Positions 16,582 to 24,997 of a stretch of DNA of 40,597 nt are shown piece after piece. The translations under genes were made by a program, and so were the position numbers. Numbering within the stretch: position 1 is the first letter of the stretch; each line of letters begins with the position of its first letter. Origin of the DNA: a virus; the UHGV virus genome UHGV-0183645, one strand, 5' to 3'. Under the pieces are notes generated by a model. That model saw only the letters and a program-made list of their open reading frames with translations, was not told where the DNA came from and did not search any database.

Positions 16582-17356
16582 TAATTTTCGCTTACTACGT
16601 GAGGATGAGATAGATTGCCGGATAGCAACGGTATCCCAGAAGGGATTAACCCTGCTGCTGTATAAGGATGCCAGAGTAGACCAAAACATACTTGATGAGA
16701 CAGTAGGCCCCATGGGGTGGCAGCGGAGACACTGCAGGGATAATGCAAACTGCATTGTATCCATATGGGATGCGGAGAAGGGACTGTGGATTGAGAAAGA
16801 GGATACCGGCACAGAAAGCAATACCGAAAAGGAGAAGGGCCTTGCCTCTGACAGTTTTAAGCGGGCCTGCTTTAACTGGGGGATTGGCAGAGAGTTATAT
16901 ACTGCTCCTTTTATCTGGATTAGCAAGGATAACTGTGAAATCTGCGAGAACGGTAAAGACCGCAACGGAAAGACGAAATATAGCAGCTACGACCGCTTTT
17001 ATGTATCACGTATCGGATATGATGATAACCGCAACATTAATGCGCTGGAAATCAAGAGGCGCAAGAGCAACAAAGTGGTATACAAGCTGGGACAGACTGA
17101 GAGTCAGCCGGAGGAACAGGAGTCTAACCTGATTACGGAGGCACATATTAACACACTGTTTTTTGAGTTGCAAAGGACAGGGGTTGGTAAGACCAGAATC
17201 CTAAAAAATTATCAGTTGAATGACATCCATGAAATGAATATAGAACAGTTCCGAGATGCAATGAATGTCCTGAAAAAAAAGCCGGATAAGCCTACCACCC
17301 CAGACCCTGAGACAATCCCGCCAGATGACCCTGAGTCAGGTCTACCATGGAATTAA
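16568..17356 (+). CDS. Rad52-family single-strand annealing protein (Sak-like recombinase)
   Basis: KGLASDSFKRACFNWGIGRELY matches the Rad52/Sak hallmark (…KRA..FGIGRYLY). Confidence 0.7.
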   Translation: MMEKLNFRLLREDEIDCRIATVSQKGLTLLLYKDARVDQNILDETVGPMGWQRRHCRDNANCIVSIWDAEKGLWIEKEDTGTESNTEKEKGLASDSFKRACFNWGIGRELYTAPFIWISKDNCEICENGKDRNGKTKYSSYDRFYVSRIGYDDNRNINALEIKRRKSNKVVYKLGQTESQPEEQESNLITEAHINTLFFELQRTGVGKTRILKNYQLNDIHEMNIEQFRDAMNVLKKKPDKPTTPDPETIPPDDPESGLPWN

Positions 17357-17368
17357 GAGGAACAACGT

Positions 17369-17950
17369 ATGGATTGTAAGGGGATGCTAAAAAGTGTCAC
17401 AAAGGATTGGATTACTGGACGGTTCCTGCTTACGTTTGAAGTTGATAGCGATGTAAGCAGCGACATCAACAAGCTGGCCGATAAGATGTTGACACTTGCC
17501 GTCAAAGTCTACAGGAAGAAACGCAGCCTGGACGCAAATGCATATTATTGGCAGCTTATCACAAAACTGGCTGAGGCATCCGGGATAAGCAAAAACCGGG
17601 CGCATAATCTCATGCTCCGCCGTTACGGAAAGTTGGAGGAAGTGGACGGCCATCTTATATATGTTGTTGTGCCAGATGATGATGAGGGAGAAAACAAGGC
17701 CCTGGAGGCAGAGACATACCACATCAAGCCAACCGGCGAGGTTAAGGTTGCCAGTGACGGAACCCCATTTCGCACATACATCATGTTGCGAGGGTCCAGT
17801 ACTTACGATACAGATGAGATGAGCTATCTTATTGATGGTCTGGTATCAGAGTGCCAGGAAATGGGGATAGAGACGCTTCCTCCACAGGAGCTGGAACGGA
17901 TGATGGATATATATGACCAGCATTATAAAAAGAGGGCGAGGGATGGCTAA
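17369..17950 (+). CDS. NinB/Orf-like recombination mediator, tentative
   Basis: KRSLDANAYYWQLI resembles the lambda NinB RSLDQNRKLWA motif. Follows the SSAP. Confidence 0.4.
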   Translation: MDCKGMLKSVTKDWITGRFLLTFEVDSDVSSDINKLADKMLTLAVKVYRKKRSLDANAYYWQLITKLAEASGISKNRAHNLMLRRYGKLEEVDGHLIYVVVPDDDEGENKALEAETYHIKPTGEVKVASDGTPFRTYIMLRGSSTYDTDEMSYLIDGLVSECQEMGIETLPPQELERMMDIYDQHYKKRARDG

Positions 17951-18248
17951 AAAGTTATGGAGTGTATTCACGTATGATATGGACCACTGTTATTTTACTG
18001 GCAGCCCCTATGTGGAGCGACACCATATATTTGAGGGCAGGCAGGGGTACAAGGAAAAGTCAGAGAATAGAGGATTTATCATGCCGTTGAGATATGACCT
18101 ACATCCCAACGGGGTTAGGTTTAAACGAACCCAGGAAAACAGCACAATTGACCTGCAGCTTAAAAAGATGGCCCAGGAATACTATGAGACACACTATGGG
18201 AGCAGGGAAGAATTCCGGCAGGAGTTTGGAAAAAGTTATTTAGATTAG
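17943..18248 (+). CDS. hypothetical protein (possible His-Me finger/HNH-like)
   Basis: CYFTGSPYVERHHIF…N…H pattern only. Weak. Confidence 0.35.
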   Translation: MAKKLWSVFTYDMDHCYFTGSPYVERHHIFEGRQGYKEKSENRGFIMPLRYDLHPNGVRFKRTQENSTIDLQLKKMAQEYYETHYGSREEFRQEFGKSYLD

Positions 18249-18256
18249 CATTTAAT

Positions 18257-18302
18257 GGCGGTGTGTGACACACAGGTCCAGGTTCGACTCCGGCCGCCGC
18301 CA
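18257..18302 (+). other. tRNA 3'-half-like element (acceptor-like GGCGGTG/CGCCGCC stem, short hairpin, GGTTCGACTCC T-loop-like motif)
   Basis: ~46 nt. Too short for a tRNA because it lacks the D-arm and anticodon arm. Confidence 0.3.
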
Positions 18303-18330
18303 ACTTTAAAATTTTCAGAAGGAGGTAAAA

Positions 18331-18552
18331 ATGGAACGATTAACGAAGGTTGATGACCAAGGCAGACTGTTGGCTTATTCCACAAGTGATACTGGATTGC
18401 CCGCAATTATCATGAAAGGTAATCCATACCACGAATTAATCGAGAGATTGAAGGCCTATGAGGATACCGGACTGGAGCCGGGAGAGATTATTGACATGGC
18501 TATTGGCTATCATGCTGTATGCAAAGCGCTTCATATTAATTTTCATTGTTAG
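18331..18552 (+). CDS. hypothetical protein (73 aa)
   Basis: AGAAGGAGGT RBS. Confidence 0.45.
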   Translation: MERLTKVDDQGRLLAYSTSDTGLPAIIMKGNPYHELIERLKAYEDTGLEPGEIIDMAIGYHAVCKALHINFHC

Positions 18553-18569
18553 GATTTGAGGAGAATTAG

Positions 18570-19055
18570 ATGGAAAAGTATTACATAGTAACGTCTGACA
18601 GTCCAATTTATAAAGAGTACATAGATTATAAGGCCATGTCAGAAAAGGTAAATACTGCGTTTGTGGAGTTCGCAAAGGAGCAAGGTTTTGAAACTCATGA
18701 ATATTATCAATCGGCAGAGAGGTTGTACATTTGTCCAACGGATGGTGATATTGATAAGTTTGGAAAGTATTTTAAGAAGGATATACCGGGCTTGTTTAAG
18801 AAAAATTCTTTACCTGCAAAAGCATGGATTAATAAATGCAAGGCGCTAGGTTTGAAATCACCGCACAAACCTATTTTGTCATTTGAATTTAGGGTATTTG
18901 GTCGGACAAGCAGCATACTGTTTATGATAAACAATGTATTGTATGCAAGTTTTAAAGCAGATTGTGATTTTGACAACCTTGCAGGATTTAAAGAGTTAAA
19001 GGCAAGCGAATTTTTTAAGGTCATCGAGGAATACGAAGAATCTTTGAAAAAGTAA
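18570..19055 (+). CDS. hypothetical protein (161 aa)
   Basis: GAGGAG RBS. No motif. Confidence 0.5.
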   Translation: MEKYYIVTSDSPIYKEYIDYKAMSEKVNTAFVEFAKEQGFETHEYYQSAERLYICPTDGDIDKFGKYFKKDIPGLFKKNSLPAKAWINKCKALGLKSPHKPILSFEFRVFGRTSSILFMINNVLYASFKADCDFDNLAGFKELKASEFFKVIEEYEESLKK

Positions 19056-19201
19056 ATTGAAATCAGTATCAATGCCTACGGGCTGATACATACAACGGAA
19101 ATTAGTACTGGTCAGATTGCTAATATGTCACGATATACTTTCTGACCCTGGGCCGGGACCTATCAAACCTCCTTTACCCGGCCCGAAAGGAGGGATTGAC
19201 A

Positions 19202-19570
19202 TTGAGATACACAAAAAATTCTGATGTTATCCAATGCGCTGTATACAATGCCCTGGGCGTAGGAAAACAGAATGCCATTAGCAGGGCGGAACTCAGCCGT
19301 ATAACTGGATATAAGGATAGACGTATCCGTGAGGCGATAGAGGCCATGCGATACAGTAAGGTTATCATTAACCTGGACAATGGTGACGGATATTACATAC
19401 CTGACTCAACGCTCCAGGGGCGCCATGAAGCCGCTGCCTGGATTGCAAGGCAGGACAGGAGGATACAGTCCATGAAGGCGGCTACAAAGGGCGCTAGGCG
19501 GTTCGTGAACGGGGTAAGGAGCAAGGGTATCCCAGGCCAGATAAGTATGTTCGGGACGGGAGGCATGTAG
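19202..19570 (+). CDS. winged-helix DNA-binding protein of the replication module
   Basis: TTG start after GAAAGGAGGG. ISRAELSRITGYKDRRIREAIEAM is wHTH-like. Confidence 0.4.
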   Translation: MRYTKNSDVIQCAVYNALGVGKQNAISRAELSRITGYKDRRIREAIEAMRYSKVIINLDNGDGYYIPDSTLQGRHEAAAWIARQDRRIQSMKAATKGARRFVNGVRSKGIPGQISMFGTGGM

Positions 19571-19933
19571 ATGGGGAAAGCACAGCGTGAAAAAGGAAAG
19601 CGTGGTGAACGGGAACTTGCCAATCTCCTTAAGGACCATGGATATAGCTGCCGTAGGGGGCAACAGTACTGTGGCTCCAACGGGGATGCGGATGTGGTGG
19701 GCCTTCCAGGCATACATATTGAGTGCAAAAGAGTTGAGCGCCTTAACATTGAGGATTCCATGAGGCAGGCTGTAGACGACACTGGGGCGGAGATATTACT
19801 GTTTGGTGAGGAAATATACCCAGCCGTGTTTCACCGCCGTAATCGTGGCACATGGCTGGTTACAATGCGCCTGGAGGATTGGATAGCATTGTATAAGGAG
19901 TGGGAAGCCGGTCGAGACATTGATAGCAGGTGA
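19571..19933 (+). CDS. Holliday-junction resolvase, archaeal Hjc-like PD-(D/E)XK nuclease
   Basis: KGKRGERELANLLKDHGYSCRRG…DADVVGLPGIHIECKR fits the Hjc/phage resolvase pattern. Confidence 0.55.
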   Translation: MGKAQREKGKRGERELANLLKDHGYSCRRGQQYCGSNGDADVVGLPGIHIECKRVERLNIEDSMRQAVDDTGAEILLFGEEIYPAVFHRRNRGTWLVTMRLEDWIALYKEWEAGRDIDSR

Positions 19934-19937
19934 TAGG

Positions 19938-20726
19938 ATGGATGGACATATTAAGCTTTACCGCAAGTTCCTGGACTGGGAATGGTATCAGGACATAAAC
20001 ACGAAGGTTTTATTCATCCATATGCTCTTGAAGGCCAACTGGAAGGATGGAAAATTTATGGGTACAACTATCCCGCGTGGCTCTTTTGTATCATCCATCA
20101 AAAACCTTGCATCCGAAACAGGGCTTACGGAAAGGGAGATTAGGACAGGAATTTCCCATCTAAAAACGACAGGCGAAGTGACAAGCAAGGCGACAAACAA
20201 ATATAGCGTATTTACAATAACAAACTATGACTTGTACCAGTCGGACGACAGGCAAGACGACACCCAGGCGACAGGCGAGCGACATTCTAACGACAAACGA
20301 ACGACAACAATAGAAGAAAGAAAGAAGGAAATAAAGAAAGAAGATAATATATATAGTGCATCCGGCGACAGGAAGCAGCAGGCATCTGCCTTGTTTGAAA
20401 CCTTGTGGAAGCTGTACCCACACAAGAAGGGGAAGGGACAGGTATCCGATACCCAGAAGCAGAAGCTCCTGAAAGTGGGTGAGGATGAGCTTAAGAGGTG
20501 TATTGAAAGATACAAGGATGACCTTAAGCGGGATGCATCCTGGAGGAAGCCGCAGAACGGAAGTACATTTTTTAACAGTGGATATGTGGATTATCTGGAT
20601 TCTAATTATACAGGAGGTGGAGGCAGTGGACCCGTTACAGGAGATGGTCAGCAGAATACAGGAGGAACGCAAACATATAGCGATGACTACCTCGAAGGAG
20701 CCGGAGAAGGATTTACCGGATTCTGA
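19938..20726 (+). CDS. phage replisome organiser / replication initiation protein
   Basis: N-terminal KLYRKFLDWEWYQD…FIHMLLKANW is typical of phage replisome-organiser N-domains. Low-complexity linker contains iterons. Precedes the DnaC-like gene. Confidence 0.55.
   Translation: MDGHIKLYRKFLDWEWYQDINTKVLFIHMLLKANWKDGKFMGTTIPRGSFVSSIKNLASETGLTEREIRTGISHLKTTGEVTSKATNKYSVFTITNYDLYQSDDRQDDTQATGERHSNDKRTTTIEERKKEIKKEDNIYSASGDRKQQASALFETLWKLYPHKKGKGQVSDTQKQKLLKVGEDELKRCIERYKDDLKRDASWRKPQNGSTFFNSGYVDYLDSNYTGGGGSGPVTGDGQQNTGGTQTYSDDYLEGAGEGFTGF
20245..20308 (+). repeat. six (A)CGACA iterons at ~11-bp spacing; putative phage ori inside the organiser gene
   Basis: ACGACAggcaagACGACAcccaggCGACAggcgagCGACAttctaACGACAaacgaACGACA. 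Confidence 0.45.
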
Positions 20727-21468
20727 TGTCTGCCCCATATGCCACGGTAAAGGGTGGGTGTACTGGTGGGACGAGGAAGGCCGGGAAAACGGATACAGAT
20801 GCGATTGCGGGCTGGTAGAACGGCAGATAGCGGACAGAAAGCTTGAATTTGCGAACATACCAGAAGCATTTAAAAACCTGGACATACGCTCATTCGATTT
20901 TGGGGTATACCGGAAGAATGAGAGCCAGAAGATAATCAGGAATACCGGTGCAGCCATTAAATATTATCTGGACAATCTGGAAGGAATGCGGAAGGACGGG
21001 ATGGGACTGTACTTGTATTCCGGGACCAAGGGGTCAGGCAAGACACGAATGGCCGCAAGCATAGCAAACGAGATGGTCAGTACATACAGGATGCAGGTTA
21101 AGTTTGCCGGCTCTATGCAGATTATCAACGAGATTAAGGCTACATGGGATGATAAGGACAGAAGCGAGAGTGACTTGCTAAGAGCGTTATCCACTGTCCA
21201 GGTATTAGTGATAGATGATTTCGGAACGGAGCTTCCAAAGGATTGGATAGGAGAACGGTTTTACAGCATCATCAATGGCCGGTACCAGGACAAGCTGATA
21301 ACAATGTACACCAGCAATTTAAGCCTGCAGGACTTGCGATATGATGACAGGATAACCAATAGAATCAAGGAACGTACCTTCCAACTGCCATTCCCGGAAG
21401 AATCCGTCAGGGAACTGATAGCAGAGCAGAACCGGAAAGCGCTCATAGAAGGAATAAGAGGGAGATGA
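20683..21468 (+). CDS. DnaC/IstB-like helicase-loader ATPase
   Basis: Walker A GTKGSGKT and Walker B VLVIDDFG. N-terminal zinc-finger-like CPICHGKGW…CDCG. Start ambiguous (20644 or 20683). Confidence 0.8.
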   Translation: MTTSKEPEKDLPDSDVCPICHGKGWVYWWDEEGRENGYRCDCGLVERQIADRKLEFANIPEAFKNLDIRSFDFGVYRKNESQKIIRNTGAAIKYYLDNLEGMRKDGMGLYLYSGTKGSGKTRMAASIANEMVSTYRMQVKFAGSMQIINEIKATWDDKDRSESDLLRALSTVQVLVIDDFGTELPKDWIGERFYSIINGRYQDKLITMYTSNLSLQDLRYDDRITNRIKERTFQLPFPEESVRELIAEQNRKALIEGIRGR

Positions 21469-21474
21469 TTGATT

Positions 21475-22257
21475 ATGGGAAAACCCAGTGCACTGTTTGT
21501 AGATAGAACATACGTGGAGCAGCAGTTAGCCACATTAAGGTCTGACATCATTACTGTACTGGAAGCAAAATTCCGAGTAGTACAGAACGACCAGGAGAGG
21601 ATTATACGGCTGCTGGAGGATGTAGGCGGTAAGCAGAATGCAGATGAGAAACCACAAGTGTCTGAGGCGTATGCCTGGAAGATTGAAATGCGCCGAAGGG
21701 TAGACAAGTTGGTAAAGAGCTACCCAGAACTTTATTCTGATTTTAACAATGTACTGACGCGCATTTACAGAAAGATGCGTGATGTATATGGTTTTGTATC
21801 TGAGCAGGCCATTAAGGATTATAAATACGCTACAGGGTCCGAACGGGCCTCCTGCCTGGAGGTTATATCAGAGGATGAAAAGCTGAGGTCTATATTTGAG
21901 CCTATACTTTTCAATTTGGAGGAGGACAGCCGTAAGGAGATGGAGCGGCGCCGGATGGCAGCCGAAGCAGAGCAGGGTAAGACACGGCAGGAAATCATTC
22001 AGCCGCTTATTGAAGCCAGAGGCGACACAACAAACTTTGGATGTGCTACATATAACGTTGTGAAATCCAGGATGAAGAAACATGGAGTAAAACTGGAGGA
22101 GTATGAGGCAGAGTTTAGGAAGCGAACCGGGATTAAGCGTAAAGTATCCAACGGCGAACTGATTGACAACATGCCTGTTCTTAAACGGGAGTTTGCAAAG
22201 GCTGTGGGAGAATTGTTGGTTGAACATCAAAGCATGGTTGCTAAGACACGTATTTAG
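21475..22257 (+). CDS. hypothetical protein (260 aa)
   Basis: ATG overlaps the previous stop. No motif. Confidence 0.5.
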   Translation: MGKPSALFVDRTYVEQQLATLRSDIITVLEAKFRVVQNDQERIIRLLEDVGGKQNADEKPQVSEAYAWKIEMRRRVDKLVKSYPELYSDFNNVLTRIYRKMRDVYGFVSEQAIKDYKYATGSERASCLEVISEDEKLRSIFEPILFNLEEDSRKEMERRRMAAEAEQGKTRQEIIQPLIEARGDTTNFGCATYNVVKSRMKKHGVKLEEYEAEFRKRTGIKRKVSNGELIDNMPVLKREFAKAVGELLVEHQSMVAKTRI

Positions 22258-22275
22258 CAGAGGAAGGAGCAGGTC

Positions 22276-22938
22276 ATGGTAAGACCGATATTATTTAACG
22301 GCGATATGGTTCAGGCAATCCTGGAGGGGCGTAAGACAGTTACCAGGAGAGTGATTAAGCCGCAATTTGAAATATCCTTAGAAGGAACAGATTGTGAATG
22401 TAGCCATGAAAAGGGATTCTGGGATATGGGAGGAAATGAGTGGGCTTGTCGTCAATGCGGCTATGGAGTAATACCGATGCGAGGAGGTTCATGGATACAC
22501 GCTCCATATAGCGCTGGTGACATTCTATATGTTCGGGAAACATGGCACAAGTATAAAAAGCGTGTAGGAAAAGGTGAGAAAATTCACATGGCTGAATTTT
22601 ACGGCTACAAAGCAAGCGTTGCCAATTCGGAAGATGCAAGCGAAAAGTGGCGCCCATCAATCCACATGCCGAAGGAAGCAGCTCGTATCTGGCTAAAAGT
22701 GACAGATGTGAGGGTGGAGAGGTTGCAGAAGATAACATCTGACCAGATAGAAAAGGAAGGGGTTAAAACAGAGCATCCTCATGTATTGAATGGGCAGGAA
22801 CAGCAATATGCATTTTCGCAATTATGGGATTCTACAGTTGATAAGTTAAATATTGACCGTTATGGATGGACCGCCAACCCCTGGGTATGGGTGATAGAAT
22901 TTGAACGGTGTGGAAAACCGGAGGAGGCAGAGGGATGA
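22276..22938 (+). CDS. ASCH-domain (PUA-like) protein
   Basis: N-terminal MVRPILFNGDMVQAILEGRKTVTRRV is the usual ASCH-family start. Confidence 0.5.
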   Translation: MVRPILFNGDMVQAILEGRKTVTRRVIKPQFEISLEGTDCECSHEKGFWDMGGNEWACRQCGYGVIPMRGGSWIHAPYSAGDILYVRETWHKYKKRVGKGEKIHMAEFYGYKASVANSEDASEKWRPSIHMPKEAARIWLKVTDVRVERLQKITSDQIEKEGVKTEHPHVLNGQEQQYAFSQLWDSTVDKLNIDRYGWTANPWVWVIEFERCGKPEEAEG

Positions 22939-23168
22939 AAGCAATGTTAGAAATAAAAAATATGCCAGATAGCTGCTATGATTGCCCATGCTGCTCCATT
23001 GATAAGCAGTGTAAGGCTAAAGAACACAAAGACATACCAGATGTGTTTCGTGGAAGGCCGGAATGGTGTCCGCTCATAGTGGTGGAGGGTGCGCAGTTGG
23101 CGGAGGCCCGGTGCTACCTGGACATGCCATGCCGGTTCCAGACACCGGTATCGAAAGGGAGCGCTTAA
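22935..23168 (+). CDS. small Cys-rich protein
   Basis: GGAGGAGG RBS. CYDCPCCS…C…C. Confidence 0.4.
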   Translation: MKAMLEIKNMPDSCYDCPCCSIDKQCKAKEHKDIPDVFRGRPEWCPLIVVEGAQLAEARCYLDMPCRFQTPVSKGSA

Positions 23169-23175
23169 GTTGTAT

Positions 23176-23322
23176 ATGATGCAAGATGGTGTAGAAGTAT
23201 ACTGCCTACCAGATACGGCGCATTGTAAGGCAGATGAACAAAAAAGAAATCCTTTGGACATAGACGAATGCCCGGAAGGGTGTGAGGAATGCACTGGGGA
23301 TGGCTATTACTATGCTGAATAG
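23176..23322 (+). CDS. small Cys-rich protein (48 aa)
   Basis: Weak RBS. CLPDTAHC…CPEGCEEC. Confidence 0.25.
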   Translation: MMQDGVEVYCLPDTAHCKADEQKRNPLDIDECPEGCEECTGDGYYYAE

Positions 23323-23356
23323 ACATTAGCAAAATCGTTATTTTGTGGAGGAAAGG

Positions 23357-23516
23357 TATGTTAGAAGAGGATTTAAAAATATTAGAAAAGGCATTGGAAG
23401 GAATAGAGCTGACGGAAGAGGAAAACAGACTGGTGGAATGGATTGCCGGATGGGATTTATGGACAGTACGGCAGTTTAGACAGATTATAAAAAAATGTCG
23501 TGAGTCAGACAATTAA
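23357..23516 (+). CDS. hypothetical small protein (53 aa)
   Basis: GGAGGAAAGGT RBS. Below the track threshold. Confidence 0.35.
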
Positions 23517-23536
23517 GATTTTGACGGAGATGAAAA

Positions 23537-23695
23537 ATGAGAAAAGTAAAATATAAAGCTAATTATGGATACGCTGGTACTGATGTAGAGGATGAGCTGG
23601 AATATCCGGACGGGGTGACAGACGAAGAAATAGAAGAGGATATTAAAGAAATTGTCATGCAACGGATTGACTGGTATTGGGAACCAGTAAATTAA
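23537..23695 (+). CDS. hypothetical small acidic protein (52 aa)
   Basis: GGAG RBS 8 nt upstream. Below the track threshold. Confidence 0.35.
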   Translation: MRKVKYKANYGYAGTDVEDELEYPDGVTDEEIEEDIKEIVMQRIDWYWEPVN

Positions 23696-23860
23696 ACATT
23701 TGAGAAAAGAAGGTGCCAGATGAGGAAAGTACAATGGTGTGTAAAATGTAAAAAGTATCATCGTTTTGATGATATAAACTGGAAATACAACTGGAAACAG
23801 AGAACATGGGAGTGTTTGAAAAATTAAGATTTTCCGGGAGAACCGGAGGAAGGAGCATAG

Positions 23861-24043
23861 ATGGAACGATTAGAGCCTTGTCCATTTTGTGGGAATGAAT
23901 TTCCGACAATAACGAAATGCTATGGGAACATATACAGAGTAGCTTGCCCGCAATGCCAGACATATTTTGGCTGTGACTGCACAGCAGGGCATGATGAAAG
24001 CAAAGAAGAAACAATGGCACGGTGGAATAGTCGTGTGAATTAG
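23861..24043 (+). CDS. lar: Lar-family restriction-alleviation protein
   Basis: LEPCPFCGNEF…ARWNSR matches the Lar signature (PCPFCG … WNxR). Confidence 0.6.
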   Translation: MERLEPCPFCGNEFPTITKCYGNIYRVACPQCQTYFGCDCTAGHDESKEETMARWNSRVN

Positions 24044-24073
24044 GATTTAAAGGTGAAGCCGGAAAGGATAAAG

Positions 24074-24292
24074 ATGAAAGATAGGAAACGCCCTCTGATT
24101 TTTAAAGTTAAATGGAAAGATTTTTATATTTTATGGGTTTGGAAGATTGCTTTAATATGGATAACTAAAGCTGAACACACAAATCCGAAAAAACATATCG
24201 AGATATGGAATGGAGAATTTGCAAGAGCGTTGGTATTTGGAAGCTATGGAATCGGTGTAGGCCATGCATTTAAGTTTGATTCACAAAACTGA
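24074..24292 (+). CDS. hypothetical protein with one TM-like segment
   Basis: AAAGGA RBS. FYILWVWKIALIWI. Confidence 0.4.
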   Translation: MKDRKRPLIFKVKWKDFYILWVWKIALIWITKAEHTNPKKHIEIWNGEFARALVFGSYGIGVGHAFKFDSQN

Positions 24293-24345
24293 AATTTGTG
24301 GTAGTTGTGAGAGAACAAATAGAACATAGAAAGGAGCGTGTACAT

Positions 24346-24531
24346 ATGAAGGTCGGAGAGTATTTAAAAGAGCAGCGTGAACAGCAGGGCCTATCCCATG
24401 CAAAGCTGGCGAAGGCCGCCGGAGTGTCTAAGCGCTCCCTTATCTATTGGGAGCAGGGTAGGGATATGAGTGTGGAGGTGGCCGATAAGGTGCTCAAAGC
24501 TCTGGGAGCAACCTATAAAATAGGTGCATGA
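24346..24531 (+). CDS. small XRE-family HTH regulator (61 aa)
   Basis: AAAGGAGCG RBS. LSHAKLAKAAGVSKRSLIYWEQG. Confidence 0.55.
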   Translation: MKVGEYLKEQREQQGLSHAKLAKAAGVSKRSLIYWEQGRDMSVEVADKVLKALGATYKIGA

Positions 24532-24575
24532 TTGTGCACCAAAACTGAAATTTTGATACGAAGGGAGTGATACGT

Positions 24576-24824
24576 ATGTCGGTCAAAGCGGAGGCATTGT
24601 ATGACCTGTATGACTGCGGGAGACTGGATGGCCGATACAGCACATCAGAATTAATGGTGATGTTAGGCATCCGGCATCGTACCATGATTCCGCACTATAG
24701 TGTTACAGGCGTGCTATACCGTAAACGTTATCTTTTTGAGCGAGTAGATGATGAGCCAATCAGTAAAACGTTGGCAGCGGAGTGGGACAAGACCAGGAAA
24801 CAGATTTTGAAACAATTTACATAA
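24576..24824 (+). CDS. hypothetical protein (82 aa)
   Basis: AAGGGAGTGA RBS. Confidence 0.45.
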   Translation: MSVKAEALYDLYDCGRLDGRYSTSELMVMLGIRHRTMIPHYSVTGVLYRKRYLFERVDDEPISKTLAAEWDKTRKQILKQFT

Positions 24825-24997
24825 GACAAGCCGGGGGAAACCCCGGCAAATAAAAACGAAAGCTGAGAACATATGTACGAAACAATGAAACAGCGGTGGA
24901 CACCCGCCAAGATGACTCCACCGCTCCCATAGTAACTACCTGAGTATATTATACCCTACTCAGGTGGATAAATCAATCAATATGAGGAGGATATGAT

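Noticed and set aside
18257-18302. Considered calling a tRNA gene here
   Set aside because: Only acceptor-like and T-arm-like parts are present (~46 nt). There is no D-arm or anticodon arm, so it is reported as a tRNA-like fragment only.
20644-20726. Possible programmed frameshift joining the replisome organiser and the DnaC-like ORF because of an 80-bp overlap
   Set aside because: There is no slippery heptamer at the overlap. In-frame ATGs (20644, 20683) can start the loader gene independently. The overlap is more likely start-site ambiguity.
20160-20957. 265-aa minus-strand ORF across the replisome organiser / DnaC-like genes
   Set aside because: It is antisense to two motif-supported genes and is a low-complexity Cys/Leu-rich translation with no RBS.
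24826-24860. CCGGGGG-aaa-CCCCGG hairpin after gene 24576..24824 considered as a terminator
   Set aside because: It is followed by an A-rich rather than T-rich tract on the coding strand and has no A-run upstream for the opposite strand. Left as an unassigned hairpin.
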